A DNA stretch of 61,881 nucleotides, counting the filler, from Asterionella formosa (Eukaryota), in assembly GCA_002256025.1 (NCBI GenBank). It is 5 parts of 5 records of this genome, joined end to end, with 100 filler letters (N's around TTAATTAATTAA, not from the genome) between each part and the next. Parts side by side here need not be neighbours in the genome. Positions count along the whole stretch, not along the records: positions 49,610 to 61,881 come from NKIB01007675.1; 4 more parts are not named here. One strand, 5' to 3'. The notes below the pieces were generated by a model. The model did not search any database, was not told the DNA's origin, and worked only from the letters and a program-made list of their open reading frames with translations. The position numbers and the translations under genes were made by a program. How positions within the stretch are numbered: the first letter of the stretch is position 1; each line of letters begins with the position of its first letter. Below are positions 50,200 through 61,881 of the stretch, piece by piece.

Positions 50200-52645
50200 T
50201 GATGCATATCACATACCGGTATCCTCAACAACCAGCCATCACGTTCATTGTCACGTCGTCTTTCGTTGTTTTAGCTATATATATGCCGGCATGTGAATTG
50301 TGTAAACACTACGCTGGCGGAACATGCATATTACACTGTGCTCTGTTCAACAATTACTACACTCGGTTACCATCACACCAGTTCCACCTCCACAAGCCCT
50401 GCAAAAAGCTTCGCGAAAAGCTCCGCGTTTCCCTTCCACTGTTTTACATCATTGTCTTCTGGCCCTTTGACAACTTTCCAAATGGCATTTCACGGATTTC
50501 ATGGAAAGGATCAGTCAAACAAGAAACGAGACTTACTTCCATTGTTTACACTACACGACTTTATGTTTTCGGAAAAGAAGATGAAGAAACTTATGAAATC
50601 AATCGAAGATTCCTTTGAATACACTGAAAGATCAAATGAATTTGAACAGATTCATAATACCCCAGAAAAAATAATGAAGTATGCATGCCGATATAATAGT
50701 GGCTGAGATTGAAAAGAAGGAAAGATTGCTTTCGAAGAGCAAAGGAAACCGAAACAGTTGGTGTTCGTGGATGAAGACTCTATTCGTACAGAGTCACAGT
50801 TCCACCATCCAGTGTCGTATTTTGCTCATTCACCCGAAATCGCTGATAATGAAGAAGAACTCAGTGATTCTCATTCATTTGATGAACAAATTCATGCGAT
50901 GAATGAAAGTATCGGCGGAAATGTGGCAGACAACGCTTCAGAAGTAGAAATGGTTGAAAAGTTGCAAAACCAAGAAACATATCTCACTATCCGTCCAGGA
51001 CATCAAGATAAACATCATGAAAGCAGAGAACTATTGCATTTCTAAAAGAACAGATATTAAAGAAAAAGTCTGAGCTAGATCAAGACCTCGAATTCAAGAA
51101 GATCAATGCAGACAGAGATGTGATGCTGGCTAAGGCACTTGATGCTCTGATTAGGGAACAAAGTCAGAAACACAAAATTGAATCTTTTTCCAAATCATAC
51201 ATGAAAGAAAAAGAATTTCTCTGTAAAATCATTGAAAACAATCCAGAAGGCAGCTACTTTTGTGAAGAGTCGGCATGTGAAATGTGTAGAGTTATTATGC
51301 CAAAGCAAACGGCATTTTCCTTGAGTTTGCCGAAATCGCATGGACAACTAAAATTGTGGAAAGAGTTGTACACTCGTACCCCACAAGATATATGAAATTA
51401 CGCCTCTGTATTTTATGGAGTCAAAGGTAGTATCATCAAAAAATCATCTTCAGATTTTAAAGATCTTGCATATTGGGACCTTGAAACAATTACCTCTATG
51501 ATCCATTATATTATTCATGAACTTCATCTAAGTGATGTAAAGGTTATATTTGATCTGGATGAGAACCCAGAAAAGGATAATAACAATCCATATATATACC
51601 AAGGTGATTGTCATCCACTTCATCACGAAAGTAACTATGTGCTAATTGTGTATTGCAAAAGATCAGATGAGGAGGAAAACAACCATTTTGTGCATTATCT
51701 TTTTGCTGGAAATGATGGATTATGTCAAGTCCGTGACCCAGGAAAAGATGCAAGTTTGGATGAACATTATGATCACGAATTTCACCTTGCCCGTAAGTAC
51801 TGCATCATCCCCGGATGCAGAAAAGAATTGGAATTGTTATGCACCGATACAGGATATCTTCCACAAGAATCCCATACACCTGAAGAAATTGGGTTCTTGA
51901 TATCTTTCTATAATGGCACCAAAGCACGGCACCAATGCAATTCATTATGGCCACTGAACATGATTCCATGTTATTTCAACCAGAAGATGACAGTGGATGG
52001 TCATGTGGACCTTTTACAATTGTGAAAGTGTTGGAAACTCTATTGCAATTAGAAAGGAATGGCAAAACCAAATTTCTTGGCAACCGGGCTCAATTCCGTT
52101 TGGAGACTGAGTCCTGGAAAGCTTTAAAACGTCAGGTGGTAGCAACTTATCGAACAAACGATTTCTTATCCATTACATCTGACCCACCAACCAAATCAAC
52201 ATACTTTCATCTTGGAACAGTTTGGCCTCAAGTGACAACGGCGAATTCTCGTGAGGATATGTTTCAGTTGGAAACAACTGTTCTTCAATTTTGTATCGAC
52301 AAAATTTTGACATCCTATTTAGATTTAAAAATGTTGAACGAAGTATTTGTACGACTTCTATGCAACTCTTCTTTCAAGAAGGATGAAGTTGTATTCGTAT
52401 AATCCATGATACAACAAAGTAATGACAAACTTGCTCAGCAACTCTTGGCCAAATTTCTGGATGAATCCTCAAAATTGACAAAAAGTTAAAAGAAAATTTT
52501 GTATCTGATGATAGCCCTTCTGGAATCAAATTTTAGAATTTTGCAGACACATATCGAAGTGCAGTTGAAAAGTGGAGAAGCAAAATTTCGGACGAAACGA
52601 AAAGGACCATCTTAGGTTCTTTGGGAGTGAAAAAGAACAAATAAT
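50200..52645 (+). pseudogene. Ulp1/C48-like cysteine protease gene, fragmented
   Basis: YVLIVY...NHFVHYLF...QVRDPG followed (frameshift) by LFQPEDDSGWSCGPF gives the His-Asp-Gln-Cys order of clan CE proteases. Confidence 0.6.
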
Positions 52646-52789
52646 GGATCATTGGATAATCATTTCTTAGGAAATTGTAGTTTGTGAAAACCTCATAATA
52701 ACCAATTTAGTATGCGAAACTATATTGTTACCATTATCATTTATATTATTCTTATATATTTATCAACGTTCGTTTGTTAGTTTTTGGTC

Positions 52790-55698
52790 CCATCCGATTG
52801 ATTTCCATAAATTACGTGGAGGCATGGCAACATAAAAATTATCTTTCCGTATCTGTTCCGAAACTTGCTTCTTGCGGTTTTAGAGATTTCCTTGATTCCT
52901 GTGGTTTCAAAGCAGGAACAGCAAATACTGCCGAAAGTATGTTATGAAATTCAACAACGCTCAATTCAGTTGTATCATTGCATAAGGTGTCTCCTCTTGC
53001 AAAAAACATACGTTTATGAATTTTCATTTCATTTCAGTTGAATTTTTCAAGGAAGCTCAACGAATACACGCTAAGAGAATGGTTGTTGAGTTGGAGAAAA
53101 TAACATTTCCCCAAAGAAGTAGTTTTGCAGGAACTGTGTAGGAACTTATCCATCTCCCTTCTCCCAGTTCACTTCGACCCAGTCAAACCATTCATGACCA
53201 TGGCATCTGAAAACAGTAGTTTGGCCGGGAACGTTACTTTCAATTTTAACATGATAATAAAAGTCAATCCTTACAATGGATACAGGCCCAACCCCATCTT
53301 CAAGACTTTTGATTCTTGCTATTTCTATTGCTGAATTCGCGATGCTCTTTATGTAGTTGGCCCCCTTGTTTGGTAAATCAGGATGAACCAATTGAGACAA
53401 GGGTGCATCCTTACTCCGTGATACATGCCCAATCTTATTAGGAACATCTGCTATAGTCCATAGACCATTTGATGATGAAGCAGAGAATTGAACTTTAACA
53501 GGAAGGGATGGTGAATGGATTTTGGTAGGCGATATTCCAAAATTTTCAGGCGACCTACTAGGCAACATCATTGTATCCGGAATCATTCCTTCGAAATCAA
53601 TTTCTGTTGAAATACCCTCATTTACATTGATGGTACTATTTTCTCTACTCATCTTCTTTTGTTTGTTTCTGTATGTATTGAATCACTTACAAAAACAATT
53701 TTTCGTGCCAAGGCAAACTGCCTTGTTTCATATGACATTGTTAAAATGTCATGCTTTAATCGATGTAATTGTCCGTTCACACGCTTACTGGGTCGTTTCA
53801 ATGAGTCTTTCAAAAAAGACTCCAAGAAATTAAGAAGAGATCCAAACTTCCTAATCAGATGAGGGTAATGTTTCATTCCATGAAATTTTGCCATTCGTAA
53901 GCCAATTTGAGATATCATTTCCCATTGGGGACCAATCATAATCTTAGTAACTGACATAAATCTCTTCACCCTTTCCTCTAAAATATCAATACATGTTGAT
54001 GTATATTGTGGTATGAATAAAGTGTCATTGATAGATATACATAACCATAACAGCAATGTGAAATCCTTTTCTAGGTGCATGTTCTCTGAACCCATCATTC
54101 CACCCATTGAAAAAATAGTTAACAGACATAATCCGGGAATTTCTTGCCCTGACATTTTCGACAAAGCTGTCATCCCAGATCTGTATGACAATTTTGGAAT
54201 ATCACGATCGCTTTGCCTTGCTTTCCAAATGACTATTGATATATCTAGGCTTTTGTTCGAAGTATAGTTTCGAAAATACATTTCTGGTGCTGGTACAAGT
54301 GCTGTGTCTTGATTTTTGCCTGTGTAGATATTTTTGATAACTGGTGCGGGTGTCGCTCATTTTTGGTCTTTGCCCGTTTCTTCGGTTGCTCTTGATCAAG
54401 AAAAGCAGAGTCTGTTGTTTCAGTGTTATGTTTATGATCGGAGATGTTTTCTGGAATATCTGGAGATTTTCTTTCTTTAAAAAAACATAACCATTCTTCA
54501 GGGATGATAGTCCGATAATTGTACAAAGATTCCAAAATGTGCGAACTTAAATATTCCAAGTAGTAATTGATGAAGAACCTCAAATGGAGTTGCACCAAAT
54601 AATCCTTCTAAGTCACCACCAAAAAAACGATTTATTAGTGTAGGCATAATAGGATTATGCGATATAACACACATGGCACCACTCGTTTGCTGTTGCGTAT
54701 TTGCCATTAGATTGGGAGACACAATACTCAGGTGGGATACATGGCAATTTTCCATCGGGATATGCATTTTTGTCAAGAAATTTGTTTAAAATTTTTTTAA
54801 CATCTGACACTTTACGACGTTCACATCCAATATCAGGATTATCAGCATCCTCAGTTGAAACCAGGCAATCACGACAAACATATCGTCGATATAATCCATT
54901 ACCACCCCTGAAGCCACAAATTTTATTGTGTTCTTCTGTATCACCAATGATCATTCCAATCTGGAAATAAACTTTTGTCATACCAAGACCATGAACCCAA
55001 ATATCGTATGACTTGTTTGGATCGCTCTTCGAAAGGCGACAATAGAAATCCTGTAACAGAATGATACAATTTGAGTCTACATAAGGACAAGTCGTCACCA
55101 GATAACTTATTATTCATTTGTTTCTCCAGATCACTGACTTCAATGTCTGGCAAAAGAGATACCAATTGCCATCCATCAACTTTTTTTCTTCCTTCTAATG
55201 TTAGTTTTAACATTGTCAGCAAAAACGGATGCTCGGAATGTTTCATTTGTTTATCAATAGGTGAACCATCACTGAAAACTGCTAGGGCAACAAATAAACA
55301 CCCTGTCTTCAACACTCCATTTTCTGATGCAGGAGAATTGTTGAATGCATTTTCAAACCAAGTCGCAGAAGTTACTTCGTCATATATGCGTTCTCCAAAA
55401 TTTGTAAGTTTCACTTGTGGGTGACATAAAAAATGTTGCATGATATCGGAATCACGTAGCAATCCTGCCATGAGCTGTACTGGTTCGAAATAATGAAGTG
55501 TGCGTGGGATGATCATATTTGAATTGTTATCAATTTTTATTTGTTTGGTCAACAGTTGACCACCAGCTAATGTTGGTGGAAATGAAATGCACATCCATGC
55601 GTTTTTTCAAAGTCTGGTAGGATGGAGTTTGATATTTCATTGCTTTTGCCTTGAACAGCCATTTCATTAGATGATCAAAGTATGCTGCCCAATAAGGA
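52790..55698 (-). pseudogene. Plavaka-like (CMC-related) transposase
   Basis: ERIYDEVTSATWF; ALAVFSDGS..HPFLLT..RKK..GWQLVSLLP; IIGDTEEHNKICG; CRDC; GATPFEVLHQLLLG; RQSDRD.P; KFHGMKHYP..IRKFGS; WFDWVEVNW across frameshifts. Confidence 0.8.
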
Positions 55699-55972
55699 AT
55701 GAACGACAAAAAACTTATGAATGCTGTGTCACAACGTTTTATTATACCTTGCTGGTATGCATTGGATTTTGGTGGAGATCCATTGGGAATCAATGGCCAT
55801 TGCCCTCCTGAAAAGTTGCACTCAATACATGAGGGAATGATGAGTTATCTCATTCTTCTGTTCTCGGTAAAGGTCGGCACTATAACCTCTGCTCAGGGGG
55901 TGAAAAATAGAACCGCTTTTGATACATTATTCATAAAAGTGTCAAAGATGATGCAACATCAAAGCGATCAGG
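55699..55972 (+). pseudogene. Second, divergent Plavaka-like fragment in opposite orientation
   Basis: LDFGGDPLGINGHCPPEKLHSIHEG...QHQSDQ parallels FFGGDLEGLFGATPFEVLHQLLLG...RQSDR. Confidence 0.65.
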
Positions 55973-56570
55973 CTATTTTGACGGCTATATGAGCAACGCT
56001 ACTGATAACTCACACTGATCTTCCTCTACATTCAATTGACATTGCAGCAAACCCTTTCAATTCAGAAGCATTCGGATGAAATCCAGGATTGAGTATTATT
56101 GCTTTCTGATTCTGTGTTAATGTCACATGATAACAGGGCTCCGTAAATCGTGAGTTGTTAGTGTGCCTTTGATTCTGTGTTAATGTCACATGATAACAGG
56201 GCTCCGTAAATCGTGAGTTGTTAGTGTGCCTTGGCGTGCTGTTTGTCATGCTGCTGCCAGCTGCTCCTGTATTTCTACTGAATTATTGAACAACTATGCG
56301 AATCTTTATGTGCCAGCAGCTACCTCGACTCAATTAAAAGAACTCTGCAATACAGTTGAATGGTGAGTGTGTTTTTGTTGTGTATCTAAATGCTAGTATG
56401 GCTTGTCAGCACACACATTGTTGTTGACAACAGGCAGGGACAATGAGGTCCGGAATGAAAGTTGTTCTGGTAAGACTACTGCGCTATTTTGACGGCTATA
56501 TGAGCAACGCTACTGATAACTCACACTGATCTTCCTTTACATTCAATTGACATTGCAGCAAACCCTTTCA
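55972..56570. repeat. ~88-bp direct repeats (55972-56059 and 56483-56570) enclosing a 63-bp tandem duplication (~56107-56232)
   Basis: GCTATTTTGACGGCTATATGAGCAACG...AAACCCTTTCA occurs twice; TGATTCTGTGTTAATGTCACATG...GTGCCTT occurs twice. Confidence 0.9.
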
Positions 56571-56599
56571 GTGCAGGAGCATTCGCATGCCGTTCCGAA

Positions 56600-57853
56600 T
56601 GAGCAGGCTTTATTTCATTAATGAAACTCTTTAATTTAGTTGAATTACCTGCTGTAAAATAGTTGAACAACCTTTAGAAAAATAGTGGAATGGCCTTCAG
56701 ATAATTAGTTGAACAACCTTGTGATAATTAGTTGAATGAACTCCAGAAAATTACGTAAACAAATTTTACATATTAAGTGAACTTTATTCTAGAATTATGT
56801 GAACGAAATTATAAGGCAATGTGAACTAAATTACAGAATTACGTGAAGTATTTCAAATAATTACGTGAAGGTGATGACGTAATATAGTGATGATCAGGAA
56901 TGCATGCATGATACTTTGATCAAATATTTAACGTGATGTATTCAGATAAGATATAGATATATTCAACTACGTATTTTGATGTATTCAACTAATTCATGTG
57001 ATGCATTCAAAATCAACTAGGCTTATTTATGTGATGGTCACTTCACGTAATACGCGGCTTAGATGTAAGGAGCACAACAGAACCGAAATCATGGCTTCGC
57101 AACTTTTGTTTTCTCATCAACTCACTCTGCAAGTGTTGCCCTCTTTCTACAACAGACAATCAATCTGAGAAATGAGAATGAGCAGCCGGCTCATTTGCTA
57201 TGAATTGATCTACCGATAGTAGCAACAGGGACTCCTGCAAGTATGAGTAGCCAGGCAATCTTGCGAATCGTTACAGCATCCAGCTGCAAGAATGAACATC
57301 CATTGCTTGTCGTATTGGTTAGATAATCACGTTCTATAGAAAGTATCAATATAAACTATATAGCGAAGCGATTAATTTGATTGATTTTGCGATTGTAGCT
57401 AGAATTTAATTTAAACGTTGATTGGTTACACATAATTATTTGTTTGACTAGTAAATATATTTGTTTAACCTTGAGGTATTAATGTGATCAAAGTAAAGAC
57501 AAAATGGGAGCGAACTAACAGAATTAATGGTTGTTAGAGTGAAGAATATTTGTGAACGGAAATGTTGCGAATTGTAGAAAAAAGCACCGTATTATAGAGA
57601 TTATTCCTGAACAAATTTTTCCTTGTGTTGCCAGAAAATATTGTCAGTTGGCCCCAAAAATTATGTGGGTTTCTAAAATAATCACGGAAGTAGTCGAAAC
57701 TATTTTAGTTCACTCCGTTCATATATATTGTATGATGCATCACATTTTTATGTGATGTCATACCCTTAAATTATGTACATAGCTAAATTCGTCATATTGG
57801 GCCACCCAAATAATTAATTTGGGTGATCATATTTGACTAGCGTTTTTTGTGTG
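56600..57853. repeat. Short dispersed subterminal-like repeats and a possible CMC-type terminus
   Basis: Recurring AATTA(G/C)(T/G)TGAA units; the region ends TTTTTTGTGTG (reverse complement CACACAAAAAA). No matching opposite end found. Confidence 0.4.
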
Positions 57854-59189
57854 GCGGCTGTACCAGTAATCGGGGTTGTAGATGTATGAATCACCTCTTT
57901 ACATGACGTGTCAATATACTATGTTTGTTTGACTGACAGTACCTATCTTATTTAATTATTGTTCTTCTATATCAGCTTAGCTAATCTAATCACTCTTTTT
58001 TAACAAACACACCTTCCAATCTCCTTTGGAGTTTTTCAGGTTGGTTATTAGACTCCCCTCCTACCTCATCTCCTTGTTCATCGACCTTGTTGATCTCCCT
58101 CGTCCCTTCCTTCATTGCAGGTTATGAGAACCAAGCTATTCTCTTGTAATTCTCAAGCTTTTCTCTTGCTATTCTCTTTTAATTCTCTTGCAATTCAAAT
58201 AAAATTCAACATTTCAATTCGTCAACTTGCGCGTACTACTTCGTTGTCATCTTCACTTATTTGCTCTCTAATGGATTGTGATAACTCCTTGACATTGAAC
58301 TCCAAGTCAATCATCAGCTATTCTATCTATTGTTGCTGTTGAAGCGATTTATCCAATCAAAGAAAGAAAAGAAACATTGTGAATTTTCAATCAGCCACCA
58401 TTGTCTATTTCGTTTCGTGGTGCATCTAAATCACTACTGGTGACACTTCAGACGCACCTTTCTACAAGTGGATACCAGAATAATTTTCTGTGGACAAGCA
58501 GGTTGCTGCACATTGCTTGTTACACTTACTTTTCTGTGGAAAAGGGTGCTCCACATTTGTTCTCCTTCCAAAATTCTCAAAAACAGCTGGTGTTCTGTGA
58601 TACACACGTCGATCTGGACAGCTTCTTCACATCAACTTAAACCACGTCATTTATCGTCCATCTATGGTATAAAACATGCATGAAAAAAAAAACATGAATA
58701 GGGTTAGCTGTGTCAGGATGATAATTCGCTCCGCGTAGAATTTCCACGCCGGTGGAAGATGAACAGGAACAAGGTTAGTAGTGTTAGTAATGTAACTCTA
58801 TGGGCCTTCTGTTTGACCGTTGTTTCACCATCACCTGCGTGGCCGGCTGAATTAAAATTCATGTGCCCTCCTATAAAATTATCATGTACAAATTTTCGCG
58901 TGAAATGGTTGTTTTCTTGATAGATCACGCGACTACATTCAGCAATCCGACGACAATCTTTTGTTAAAACTGACACTAGTCACACTTGTTTTCTTGATGC
59001 ATCATGGGATTGTCGTCAACTTCAACTATATATACTCATACATTCACATGATTACTCTTTACTTGTTGCCACAGCCCATTGCATGGTTGGCAGCATTGTT
59101 CAACAAGTGGTTGTCAATTTTACAAGATTTGACGTGTTACAGGCCCATGATGGGTATTTTTCCTTATCGAGCTTTGACAACCTAACTGC

Positions 59190-59430
59190 ACAACAAAATG
59201 GAGGATACGTCAGGAATATTCCCAAAGTTATTCGACAACCAGATCATGACAGTTACACAAAAGTAGATAAAATTGCTCTTGTCTTTCTAGATTCTCCAGT
59301 ATTTGGGATACCACTCATTCAGATCAATGGAAATAATACTAATGTCCCATACGATCATCAATTATTAACTATGATTGGTGCTGGTCGGATCGAATTTGAG
59401 GAATCGTTACCTACACAACTTATGGAAGTA
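59190..59430 (+). pseudogene. Trypsin-like serine protease fragment
   Basis: VIRQPDHDS..KVDKIALVFLDSPV..IPLIQIN....VP...QLLTMIGAGR......PTQLMEV. Catalytic His and Ser segments absent. Confidence 0.65.
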
Positions 59431-60502
59431 CGCGATTGTTTGGAGGGAGAGTAGGTTGCGTATTTACTGGGAAAACATCGGAAACCTGTTGACCATTTGC
59501 ATCTGCAAGACAAACGCCACCAGCACAGCATTCGCTGGATGAAGTACATCCACTCCAGCGAGCAGTACATGATCGACGAGTGCTTGGGTCTATGAAAAAT
59601 CCGCTGCAGGAACCACAATTCTGGGCATTTTGGTTGCACCATTTGTCGTCCCCACAAGTAGCCAAATCCCAAGAACAACAGAACTGGGGAACTTTGCACT
59701 GTTTATACTGCTGGTCGAGACGCGTGCATACAAATTGGCCGCAGCAAGTGTCATTGACAGCCCTTTCTGAACCGTCAGGAACAATGTTACACTGGCCCCA
59801 AAGATTTATGCACGTATTGCGATTTGTTGGAACTGTCCACGATCCTGTACACTGCCGACAGTTCTGCGAACTCATGGCACAACAATCAGCGACATTCGAG
59901 GAATAGGCACAATCTTTCAAGTTATAGGAGCAACACGAAGGAGCCGCTACTGGAGTCGGATTTGCCGTAGGGAGACTAGTTGGTGCAAGGGTAGGTGTTT
60001 CGGATGGAGGAAGGGTAGATGCAGTGGTTGGTTGCCGGCCGGGTGGGAGCAGTGGTTGGTGAACGGGTAGGTGTAGTGGTTGGTGAACGCGTAGGTGTAG
60101 TGGTTGGTGCACGAGTAGGTGTAGTGGTTGGTGAATGAGTAGGTGTAGTGGTTGGTGAACGGGTAGGTGTGGTGGTTAGTGAGCGGGTAGGTGTGGTGGT
60201 TGGTGCTAGGGTAGGTGTAGTGGTTGGTGGCAGGGTAGGTGTAGTGGTTGGTAAACGGATAGGAGTAGTGGTTGGTAAACGGATAGGTGTAGTGGTTGGC
60301 TGGGTGGTTGGCTCAGTGGTATGTTTGCTCGTGGGCTGGGCGATAGGAAAAATAGTTGGTTGGCTCGTCGTAGGCTGGGTGGTAGGGTTGCTAGTTGGCT
60401 GGGTGGTAGGTTCGCTTGTGGGTTGAATGGTAGGGTTGCTCGTAGGCTGGGTGGTAGGAACAGAGGTAGGTTCGCTTGTGGTTTGAATGGTAGGGTTTCC
60501 AT
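59420..60502 (-). pseudogene. Mucin-like PT-repeat protein with CBM1-like and Cys-rich modules; frameshift near 60036, 5' exon lost
   Basis: 24-bp PTTTPTRS repeats; CINLWGQC...CCGQFVCTRLDQQYKQC (CBM1-like); CCS(Y/W).L..C repeats. Confidence 0.7.
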
Positions 60503-61650
60503 TTTTCTTTTTTTTTCTTTTCTCGGTTATATACATCGAAATATCTTTTACTCTTTCGTTATTGTTAGTGCGAAGTGCGAATGAATCGATTTTTTAAGAG
60601 GAACAAATGTACCGATACCGGTATGTTGTTCCGATTTATCACCTGGTACCCGGTACCTGGTACCTGGTACCATACATGGATCTGCCGATGCCGGAAAATT
60701 TCATGGGCCTGAAGATATAAATTTAGGTCATTTACTACATTTTCTGCCATTCGTGGCCTGTCTATGGTGTTACGCGACATAAATTAATTGAAACCTACAA
60801 TACCTGTAGTTGTGTGATCCCGTGTGTTAAACTGGTCATCCTGGTTTTTAAGTACCGGTACGTACGTACCGGCACCGGTTGTAGAGTTGGCCACTGACAA
60901 ATTTGTGTAAAGGATGACTCTACGGGGCTCCCAATGACTACCGGGGTATTAGCTGTCGCTGCACGATCCGAAACCTGATTCCAGTAGCGAGAAAAACGTA
61001 CAAGGTACAGCTTGTAGAAACGGGAGTACCGTAGTGATAGCGTTAAGTATCCTTGTCGATTGCATATGTCCGGGGACAATCGTGATGTAGGTATCTGACC
61101 AGTGTCCAGTGCAGAATTTGTACGATTGGCGTCTGACAGGATCGAAAAGGTCACCGGCACTTACTGTCAATACATATTAACTTGTAAGCTCCCTGTCAAA
61201 AAGCTCTGCGGTACTTCGGCCATCAGCCAAAACGAGAATCGGTACATGAGAATGGTGTTCGTAGGATGACTTTTGTGAGTTTCAACGAATCTCATATGGT
61301 AACGCGGCACCCGGGACGCCAGGATGTCCCGTTTAACACACGGGATCACACAACTACAGGTATTGTAGGTTTCAATAAATTTATGTCGCGTAACACCATA
61401 GACAGTCCATGAATGGCAGAAAATGTAGTACATGACACTAAATTTATATCTTCAGGCCCATGAAATTTTCCGGCATCGGCAGATCCATGTATGGTACCAG
61501 TACCAGGTGATAAATCGGAACAACATACTGGTACATTTTATTCCTCCTTATAAATCGATGCATTCGCACTTCGCACTAACTATAACGAAACACCAAAAAT
61601 ATATCGATGTACATAACCGAGAAAGCAAAAAATATGAGAATTGGAAACCC
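60494..61650. repeat. Inverted repeat of ~330 bp (60494-60831 and 61331-61650) with ~500-bp spacer
   Basis: Arms are near-identical reverse complements and yield matching ORF translations (LNLYLQAHEIFRHRQIHVWYQ) on opposite strands. Confidence 0.9.
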
Positions 61651-61881
61651 GTTCATCGGCGCAGCATTGGCATTGCTCTTGGTTCTCGCTACTGCACAGG
61701 ACGAGTCGGTAGGTCCCTTATTGCACTTTATGCTTGTTAATCATTAAAGTATTTTATCAAAACAGGAAATAACATTCTTCTCGTCATTAGGGCCTGCCCG
61801 GAGTTGAAAAGCAAGTTGGAGAATGTCTCTACTGCGATGTTGGAGTCATTCATGTCATGATGGCTGATCGAGTGCCCACAT
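61634..61881 (+). CDS. Secreted protein, 5' end; intron 61709-61790
   Basis: MRIGNPFIGAALALLLVLATAQDES signal peptide, GTAGGT...CATTAG intron, then open frame GLPGVEKQVGECLYCDV to the window end. Confidence 0.65.

Noticed and set aside
56600..56900. CRISPR-like short repeats
   Set aside because: Degenerate, irregularly spaced, no cas genes, eukaryotic context.
60148..60584. Val/Gly-rich plus-strand ORFs
   Set aside because: Antisense of the PT repeats.

Overview
Eukaryotic, diatom-like genomic DNA (inferred from gene families, short GT-AG introns and transposon types). The window is not contiguous. Four artificial N-TTAATTAATTAA-N linkers split it into five scaffolds of decreasing length: 1-12321, 12422-24731, 24832-37131, 37232-49509 and 49610-61881. 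Host genes include a membrane RING-H2 E3 ligase, two paralogous secreted Reeler-like/Cys-rich proteins, a PH+PP2C phosphatase, a RAD18-like E3, a PTS/Met-rich repeat protein and a head-to-head pair of secreted-protein paralogs. Most of the remainder is decayed transposons: pogo, DD39D mariner, Kolobok (TTAA, with KolX), Plavaka/CMC-like with a Ulp1-like protease, copia and an RNase H-bearing LINE. The most notable signal is a small Cys/His HIRAN-like ORF of about 140 aa. It lies tail-to-tail with the transposase, inside the termini, in three Tc1/mariner-superfamily elements of two different transposase families, which suggests a recurrent two-gene transposon architecture.
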